A stretch of 64,000 nt of DNA, from assembly GCA_902526085.1 (NCBI GenBank), contig CABZJN010000002.1, forward strand, positions 28,716 to 92,715. The letters are read 5' to 3'. This DNA comes from an uncultured Pelagibacteraceae bacterium. Lineage in GTDB: Bacteria > Pseudomonadota > Alphaproteobacteria > Pelagibacterales > Pelagibacteraceae. Below the pieces are notes generated by a model. The model was not told the DNA's origin and made no database searches. It saw nothing but the letters and a program-made list of their open reading frames with translations. Both the position numbers and the translations under genes were made by a program. Below, one piece after another: positions 58,039 through 64,000 of this stretch (position 1 is the first letter of the stretch; the number at the start of each line of letters is the position of its first letter).

Positions 58039-58229
58039 TGGAAGAAGAGAGGTCATTAATGAGAAAAATATTTAGAAGAGTTTACTGGGAAAATTTGTCT
58101 ACAGTATTAATTTTACTTGGAGTTTTCATGCTGTTACAGCCATTCGCAATGTGGATGTATACTTACTCATTTGTTGTAATCTTAGTTGGAACTATAGGTT
58201 TCGTAATCACAAGTCATTTCCCGGATTAA
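58038..58229 (+). CDS. 63-aa two-TM membrane protein inside the ABC operon
   Basis: TAATG-coupled start at 58038 (MEEERSLM...SHFPD); ends 1 nt before the ATPase ATG. Confidence 0.75.
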   Translation: MEEERSLMRKIFRRVYWENLSTVLILLGVFMLLQPFAMWMYTYSFVVILVGTIGFVITSHFPD

Positions 58230-58230
58230 T

Positions 58231-59313
58231 ATGTCTCAAATTAAAATAGCAAATTTACAAAAATCATTTGGAGATTTTACTGCAGTAAAAAACTCAAATT
58301 TAACAATTAATGACAAAGAGTTTTTTGTTTTACTAGGCCCATCTGGATGTGGAAAAACAACAACTCTTAGAATGATTGCTGGTTTAGAGTTACCGACATC
58401 AGGGGAAATTTACTTAGGCGAAGAAGAAGTTGGAATGTTAAGAGCATCTGAAAGAGATATTGCATTCGTTTTTCAATTGTTTGCACTTTATCCACATATG
58501 AACGTAAAAAATAACTTATCTTTTCCCCTAAAAATGCAGGGTTTTAGCAGAAGTGAAATTAAAACTAGAGTTGAGGAGGCAGCAAAACTTTTAAGAATTG
58601 ATCATATTTTAAACTCCAGTATTTCATCTTTATCTGGTGGAGATAGACAACGTGTAGCTCTTGGTAGAGCTTTAGTTAGAAGGCCAAAAGCATTTTTAAT
58701 GGATGAGCCTTTAGGTACTTTGGATGCAGAATTTAGAGAATTAATGTGTTTAGAACTCAAGAAATTACATATCGATATTGGCGCTACTACTGTTTATGTA
58801 ACACATGATCAACTAGAGGCAATGTCATTAGCTGATCGTATTGCTGTAATGGATGGTGGTGAAATCTTACAAGCTGATGAACCTGCAGTAATCTACAATA
58901 AACCAGTAACTAAATTTGTAGCGTCATTTATTGGATCCCCTGGAATGAATTTTATAAATATTGATCAAGGTATTTCTAATGAACAATCGACTTTAAATAT
59001 AGAGGGAACAAACTTTAACATACCTAAACAGTATGAAATATCAAAAAGTAAAAAAAACTCATTTGGTATTCGTCCTGAAAATTTATCTCTTACTAACGAG
59101 GGTGGTCTTAAAGGGTCGGTATTTGGGGTTGAATACTTAGGTTCAAGAAAAATTGTAACGGTTAAAACCAATTTTGGAGAAATCAAAGTAAAAACTAATA
59201 TTTCAACAAGTGTTAAAATTAATGAAAACGTTCAAGTAAAACCCTCTAATAATAATATAATTATTTTTGATGGTGAGACTGACAGATCTCTTAAAAGTGA
59301 GTTTATGAATTAA
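58231..59313 (+). CDS. Sugar ABC transporter ATP-binding protein 1
   Basis: GPSGCGKTT, LSGGDRQR, MDEPL and VTHDQ motifs. Confidence 0.95.
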   Translation: MSQIKIANLQKSFGDFTAVKNSNLTINDKEFFVLLGPSGCGKTTTLRMIAGLELPTSGEIYLGEEEVGMLRASERDIAFVFQLFALYPHMNVKNNLSFPLKMQGFSRSEIKTRVEEAAKLLRIDHILNSSISSLSGGDRQRVALGRALVRRPKAFLMDEPLGTLDAEFRELMCLELKKLHIDIGATTVYVTHDQLEAMSLADRIAVMDGGEILQADEPAVIYNKPVTKFVASFIGSPGMNFINIDQGISNEQSTLNIEGTNFNIPKQYEISKSKKNSFGIRPENLSLTNEGGLKGSVFGVEYLGSRKIVTVKTNFGEIKVKTNISTSVKINENVQVKPSNNNIIIFDGETDRSLKSEFMN

Positions 59314-60321
59314 TGGCAAAAATAGAATTAAAAAATTTATCTAAAACCTATAATAAAAAAAATTGAGGCTTTGCACGATATAAATTTTACCATTGAGGAT
59401 GGACAGTTTTTTGTTTTATTAGGCCCATCTGGAGCTGGAAAAACTACTACATTAAGATGTATTGCTGGATTAGAGAAGATAGATAATGGAAGTATTTTAT
59501 TTAATGATGAGTCTGTGACTGAAGATCAACCAGCTTCAAGAGATGTTTGTTTTGTGTTTCAACAATACTCTTTATATCCTCACTATAGTGTTTATGAAAA
59601 TTTAGCATTCCCTTTAAGATCTCCAATGAGAAAATTACCTGAAGAAGAAATAAAAACTAAAGTTGAGAGTATTGCGAGCATGTTAAAGATTTCAAATAAA
59701 CTTAATAATAAAGCTACACAATTATCCGGTGGGGAGATGCAAAGAGTTGCAATAGGACGCGCTTTAGTTCGTGAGCCAAATTTATACTTAATGGATGAAC
59801 CTCTGTCATCTTTAGATGCTAAATTAAGAGAGAGTCTTAGAGTTGAGTTAAAAAATATTCAAACTAATCTAAATTCAACAATACTTTATGTTACACATGA
59901 CCAAGCAGAAGCAACTACTTTAGCAGATAAAATTGGAGTTTTAAAAGAGGGTCATTTAGTACAAATAGGAACTCCCGAAGAAATATATGAAAATCCAAAT
60001 TCTATATATGTTTCACAAAGATTGGGATCACCGAAAATCAATATTCTCCCTGGGAAATTATTTGGAATGAATGATGTACCTACTTTTGGAATAAGACCTG
60101 AAAATATTACAATAGGAACTGGTAACTACTCAGCTAAAATTATTTCAATTGAAAATCTTGGTTCAGAAACCGTAGTTGCTTTAAATTTTAAAGACCAAGA
60201 AATACTAGTTTCAATTCAAGGTAACTATAAATCATCAATAAATGAGACAATTAATTTTGACATGAATAATGAAAAAGTTTTAAGATTTGATCAAGAAGGA
60301 AATAGAATTTATGAGCGTTAG
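59313..60321 (+). CDS. Sugar ABC transporter ATP-binding protein 2, with an apparent +1 frameshift in an A8 run near the 5' end
   Basis: The TAATG start at 59313 reads MAKIELKNLSKTYNKK. Removing one A at 59355-59362 joins it to IEALHDIN...GPSGAGKTT...LSGGEMQR. Confidence 0.88.
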
Positions 60322-60937
60322 TTTTTTAATTTCTCAAGCAAAAAGTGTCCAAAAAGTTATAGATGAAAATTCTGCAGAAATTGAAATTCTTGATCAAAAA
60401 ATTGGAGATGGAGATCATATTTTTAATATTCAAAGAGGTTTGAAGTTAGTTGTTGAACTTGAAGACGCTATTAAAGATTTGCCATTAGCCAAAGCTTTAA
60501 ATATGATAGCAATGAAAGTTCTGTCAGGTATTGGTGGATCATCGGGCGCATTGTTTGGAACTTTTTTTATGACTATGGCTAAATCTTCTGATTTAGATAA
60601 AGATGTTGATTTTAATAAAGCATGTGAAATGATTATTAGTGGAATTAAAGCCATGAAAGAAAGAGGAAAAGCTGATGTTGGAGAAAAAACTATGATGGAT
60701 GTTTTATTACCAGTTTCAGAAAAACTAAACGAATTAAAAAATGAAAGTGAATTTAAAACAGGTTTAAATGAAGTGATAAAAATTGCAGAAGAAAGAATGT
60801 TATCTACAAAAGATATGTTGGCCACAAAAGGTAGAGCTTCTTTTTTAGGTGAACGTGCAAAAGGACATATAGATCCTGGAGCTCGCTCTTCTCAGCTTAT
60901 AATCGATACAATTTGTAAATCAGTAATAAATAATTAG
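60311..60937 (+). CDS. dhaL: Dihydroxyacetone kinase ADP-binding subunit L
   Basis: LDQKIGDGDH, GGSSGALFG, GEKTMMDV and KGRASFLGER..GHIDPGA motifs. Start set to ATG 60311. Confidence 0.92.
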   Translation: MSVSFLISQAKSVQKVIDENSAEIEILDQKIGDGDHIFNIQRGLKLVVELEDAIKDLPLAKALNMIAMKVLSGIGGSSGALFGTFFMTMAKSSDLDKDVDFNKACEMIISGIKAMKERGKADVGEKTMMDVLLPVSEKLNELKNESEFKTGLNEVIKIAEERMLSTKDMLATKGRASFLGERAKGHIDPGARSSQLIIDTICKSVINN

Positions 60938-60946
60938 GAGGGAAAA

Positions 60947-61939
60947 ATGAAAAAATTTATAAATAATAACGATGATTTTCTAAAAGAGAGCCTTACTGGT
61001 TTTGGTAAAGCACATAGTGATATTATAAATATCAATTTAGATCCAAGCTTTGTATCTAGAAAAAATAAAACTAAAGATGGAAAAGTTTCTTTAATTTCAG
61101 GCGGTGGAAGTGGACATGAGCCAATGCATGGGGGTTTTGTTGGTCATGGAATGTTAGATGCAGCGTGTCCAGGTTTTGTATTTTCAGCACCAACACCAGA
61201 CCAGATGCAAGCAGCAGCAGAACATGTAGATAGCGGCGCAGGAGTTTTATTTATAGTTAAAAATTATTCTGGGGACATCATGAACTTTGAAATGGGAGCC
61301 GAAATGTATTCTGGTAAAAACGATAGTATTATTACCAATGATGATGTTGCAGTTGAAGACTCTACATTTACTACTGGAAGAAGAGGTGTTGCGGCAACTG
61401 TATTGGTAGAAAAAATAGTTGGATCCTTAGCTGAACATAGTGGATCCCTTGAAGAATGTAAAAAACTTGGTGAAAAAGTTAACAAAAACGCTGGCACGAT
61501 GGGAGTAGCATTTACAAGTTGCACTGTTCCAGCTGCGGGAAAACCTACTTTTGATATTGGCGATGATGAAATGGAATTTGGTGTAGGTATTCACGGTGAG
61601 CCAGGAAGAAAAAGAGAAAAAATTCAACCATCAAAAACTATAGTTGGAAATATTTTAGAAGCTATTTTAGACAATTTAAAACCAGAAAAAAATGAAAAGA
61701 ATTTACTTTTCGTAAATGGAATGGGTGGCACTCCTTTGACAGAATTGTATTTAGTTTATGAGGATGCATGTCAAATTTTACAATCTAAAGGTATTGAAGT
61801 AACAAAAAGTTTAGTTGGAAATTATTGTACTTCACTTGAGATGCAAGGAGCTTCAATTACTCTTCTCAAATGTGATGATGAAATCTTAAAGCATTGGGAT
61901 GCTCCTGTTCATACAGCAGCAATGAGATGGGGGATGTAA
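60947..61939 (+). CDS. dhaK: Dihydroxyacetone kinase substrate-binding subunit K
   Basis: SGGGSGHEP, VKNYSGD, GRRGVA and GIHGEPG motifs; AGGAGG RBS. Confidence 0.95.
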   Translation: MKKFINNNDDFLKESLTGFGKAHSDIININLDPSFVSRKNKTKDGKVSLISGGGSGHEPMHGGFVGHGMLDAACPGFVFSAPTPDQMQAAAEHVDSGAGVLFIVKNYSGDIMNFEMGAEMYSGKNDSIITNDDVAVEDSTFTTGRRGVAATVLVEKIVGSLAEHSGSLEECKKLGEKVNKNAGTMGVAFTSCTVPAAGKPTFDIGDDEMEFGVGIHGEPGRKREKIQPSKTIVGNILEAILDNLKPEKNEKNLLFVNGMGGTPLTELYLVYEDACQILQSKGIEVTKSLVGNYCTSLEMQGASITLLKCDDEILKHWDAPVHTAAMRWGM

Positions 61940-61951
61940 GCCTTTTTTTAA

Positions 61952-63103
61952 TCAAATAACGACTAAATCAAGTTTTTGATTTCCAAGTCTTTCATTACCA
62001 CTTTCTGTAACTAGGTAAGTTTCACCTAAGTTCATTGCTAAATTATTCTCAGAATCCATTAGTATCATATGCATAAAAAATATATTTCCTGGCTTAATTA
62101 CATATGGATTTCCAGTGTATAACATTGGCCAGTCCATCCAATTAGGTGAAAAAGTTGCCCCCAAAGAATAACCACAAGCATTCATTCTAGAATTTTTATA
62201 CCCTAAATCATCAAAAGTTTTTGCATGAATATCAAATACTTCACCAATTTTATTTCCTGGTTTCAATTTAATTTCACAATTATTTAAAGCCTCAATACAA
62301 GCTTCATACATTTTAAAATGTTTTGGATCAGCTTTTCCAATTGGAATAGTCCGAAACATTGCTGAGTGATAATGTCTATATGTGCCAGCCCATTCTATAG
62401 TCAGTTGGTCTCTTGAATTTAAAATTTGTTTTTCAGCTTGGTATCGACACAGAAGTGCATTTTTACCAGATCCAATTATAAACTCATTTGCAGGATAATC
62501 ACCACCTCCCTCAAATATAACTTTATTCATTTCAGCTAAAATCTTAGACTCACTTACACCTGCCTTTGCATGTTTCCAAACCTCACTTAAAGCTTTGTCA
62601 GCTAAATTTGCTGCTTTTTTTACATAATTAATTTCTTCATTTGATTTTATAACTCTTAATTTAGTAACTAATTCAGAAGTATCTTCTATTGAGCAGTAAT
62701 TTTCTAAGGATTTATTCAGTCTTAAAGCAGTACGACCAGTTAATCCGTATGCTTCGTATTCAACTCCAATATTTTTACCCTTTAAATTTAATTCATCTAA
62801 AATAATTTTAAGATCTTCAGTAGGATCTGATCCATTTCTATCAACCCATATTCTAACATCATTAATATTAGAGGTATTTTGTGCCTGTCTTAAATCCGGA
62901 GCTCTTGTTAATAAAATTATATTACCTTTTTTATCCAAAACTAATGTTTGAAAAAAAACATATCCAAATGTGTCATATCCAGTGAGCCAATACATTGACT
63001 CCTGTCTAAACATAAGGATAGCATCTAATTTTTCCTCTTTTAAAAGTTTAATTACCTTATCTTTTCTATTTTTGAATTCTTCTACAGAAAAATGAAGACC
63101 CAT
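61952..63103 (-). CDS. M24-fold hydrolase (creatinase/ectoine-hydrolase-like)
   Basis: QESMYWLTGYD and RVIKSNEEI motifs. The canonical metal-binding Asp/His positions are replaced (YHSAMFRT, CGYSLG). Confidence 0.8.
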   Translation of the reverse strand: MGLHFSVEEFKNRKDKVIKLLKEEKLDAILMFRQESMYWLTGYDTFGYVFFQTLVLDKKGNIILLTRAPDLRQAQNTSNINDVRIWVDRNGSDPTEDLKIILDELNLKGKNIGVEYEAYGLTGRTALRLNKSLENYCSIEDTSELVTKLRVIKSNEEINYVKKAANLADKALSEVWKHAKAGVSESKILAEMNKVIFEGGGDYPANEFIIGSGKNALLCRYQAEKQILNSRDQLTIEWAGTYRHYHSAMFRTIPIGKADPKHFKMYEACIEALNNCEIKLKPGNKIGEVFDIHAKTFDDLGYKNSRMNACGYSLGATFSPNWMDWPMLYTGNPYVIKPGNIFFMHMILMDSENNLAMNLGETYLVTESGNERLGNQKLDLVVI

Positions 63104-63873
63104 TAATTGATAGTTGTTCTAACAGTACCAAGTTTGTCTACTTTGCCTATGTATTCGCCTTTACTTTTAATTGGTACAACACCAACAGTTGAGCCAGTAA
63201 ATACATAAAAATCTTTATCTAAAGAAACTTTCTCTTTCCTTATTTTGTTAAGAACAAATCTTAAAGAATTAAGTGGGTTTACATAAACAGTATTTGTATT
63301 GCCATTCACGTTTAACCCTTTTTTATTTTTTAAATTTGTTTTTAAATTACCAAAATTTATTCTTTTAAATTTTTTCTTAGACCCAACAATAAATTTAATA
63401 TTTACACCAAAATCACTACATAAATCACCTAAATATTTAATACCTTTTTTTTTCTGTCTAAATCCAACAACTTCAATGCAAGGACCCATATGAGTAATAA
63501 ATTTTGTTATATTTTTTGAATTTAATTTTCCTTTAAAGTTAAAAAATTTTTTTTTAATTATATAGTAAACCTCTACTTCAGTACCTAAAGCATATTCGTT
63601 AATTTTTACTTTTTCTCCAGATTTAATTAAATTTTTTCCAAATACAGTCGAATGAAATGGTTCTTTTTCTTTTAATTTTTTTAAGAGAGCGATTATCGTC
63701 CCTCCTGCTTTAAAACCAACTTTTGTATCTTTGATTTTGCTTTCACATAATAGTCTTAGTTTATGAGCTAATTTTATATTTTTACAGAATTTTTCAGGAA
63801 TTGGATTTATAAGCTTGTTGCTATTATAAGCCTTAACTAATTTTTTTGACACAGATTGAATATCATTTTTCAT
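63103..63873 (-). CDS. 2-keto-4-pentenoate hydratase / FAH superfamily protein
   Basis: VGFKAGGT, GTEVEV, PCIEVV, SDFGVN and FTGSTVG motifs. Confidence 0.75.
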   Translation of the reverse strand: MKNDIQSVSKKLVKAYNSNKLINPIPEKFCKNIKLAHKLRLLCESKIKDTKVGFKAGGTIIALLKKLKEKEPFHSTVFGKNLIKSGEKVKINEYALGTEVEVYYIIKKKFFNFKGKLNSKNITKFITHMGPCIEVVGFRQKKKGIKYLGDLCSDFGVNIKFIVGSKKKFKRINFGNLKTNLKNKKGLNVNGNTNTVYVNPLNSLRFVLNKIRKEKVSLDKDFYVFTGSTVGVVPIKSKGEYIGKVDKLGTVRTTIN

Positions 63874-63882
63874 ATCTATAGC

Positions 63883-64000
63883 CTATTGAAGAACTGTCAT
63901 TGGATCAAGCCTTGTTTGAAACCAGTTTATTCTAAAATCTAAGTGGGGGCCAGTTGATCTACCTGTTGAACCAACAGTTCCTATTATATCTCCTTTTTTA
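63883..64000 (-). CDS. M23 family metallopeptidase C-terminus (partial, runs off window end)
   Basis: Hand translation KKGDIIGTVGSTGRSTGPHLDFRINWFQTRLDPMTVLQ* contains the M23 GSTG.STGPHL motif. Confidence 0.85.
   Translation of the reverse strand, partial: KKGDIIGTVGSTGRSTGPHLDFRINWFQTRLDPMTVLQ

Noticed and set aside
1133-63493. About 35 short antisense or alternate-frame ORFs in the track (e.g. 1133-1492, 6600-6893, 34244-34546, 60430-60825)
   Set aside because: They lie within or opposite well-supported genes, lack motifs and RBSs, and look like shadow ORFs.
1-64000. CRISPR arrays, tRNA/rRNA genes, IS elements and long tandem repeats
   Set aside because: No regularly spaced repeats, cloverleaf-like GC islands or transposase ORFs were seen, and the intergenic spaces are mostly too short. 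Similarity among the three DMGDH paralog starts is protein-level paralogy.

Overview
AT-rich, densely packed bacterial chromosome segment with very short intergenic spaces and many TAATG/ATGA overlaps. Gene content and style point to a Pelagibacterales (SAR11) alphaproteobacterium; this is an inference. The window is dominated by methylated-compound and C1 metabolism: the end of a sarcosine oxidase operon, a GcvT-family methyltransferase with MetF, a betaine-type ABC binding protein and permease, BHMT, three DMGDH/sarcosine-dehydrogenase paralogs, ETF/ETF-QO, a Rieske oxygenase, a DddP-like M24 enzyme and AcuI. It also holds housekeeping genes (purEK, hisI, folE, guaC, tldD/pmbA), a Fur-boxed Fe(III) ABC operon, and a sugar/polyol ABC cluster ending in dhaL-dhaK. 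I saw no rRNA, tRNA, CRISPR array, transposase or integrase. The best leads are: (1) an uncharacterised operon of a degenerate M19 amidohydrolase, a 551-aa unknown protein, DUF3726 and a CxxC/CxxC microprotein; (2) a SET-domain gene and a coupled CysC-like kinase plus HxGH nucleotidyltransferase inside the betaine gene run; (3) a Cys-rich microprotein between the iron-binding protein gene and its terminator; (4) a small basic protein whose leader has a compact pseudoknot/switch behind a sigma32-like promoter; (5) a DhaKL sugar cluster without dhaM. Two homopolymer +1 frameshifts may be sequencing errors. All family assignments come from motif recognition by eye, not from database searches.
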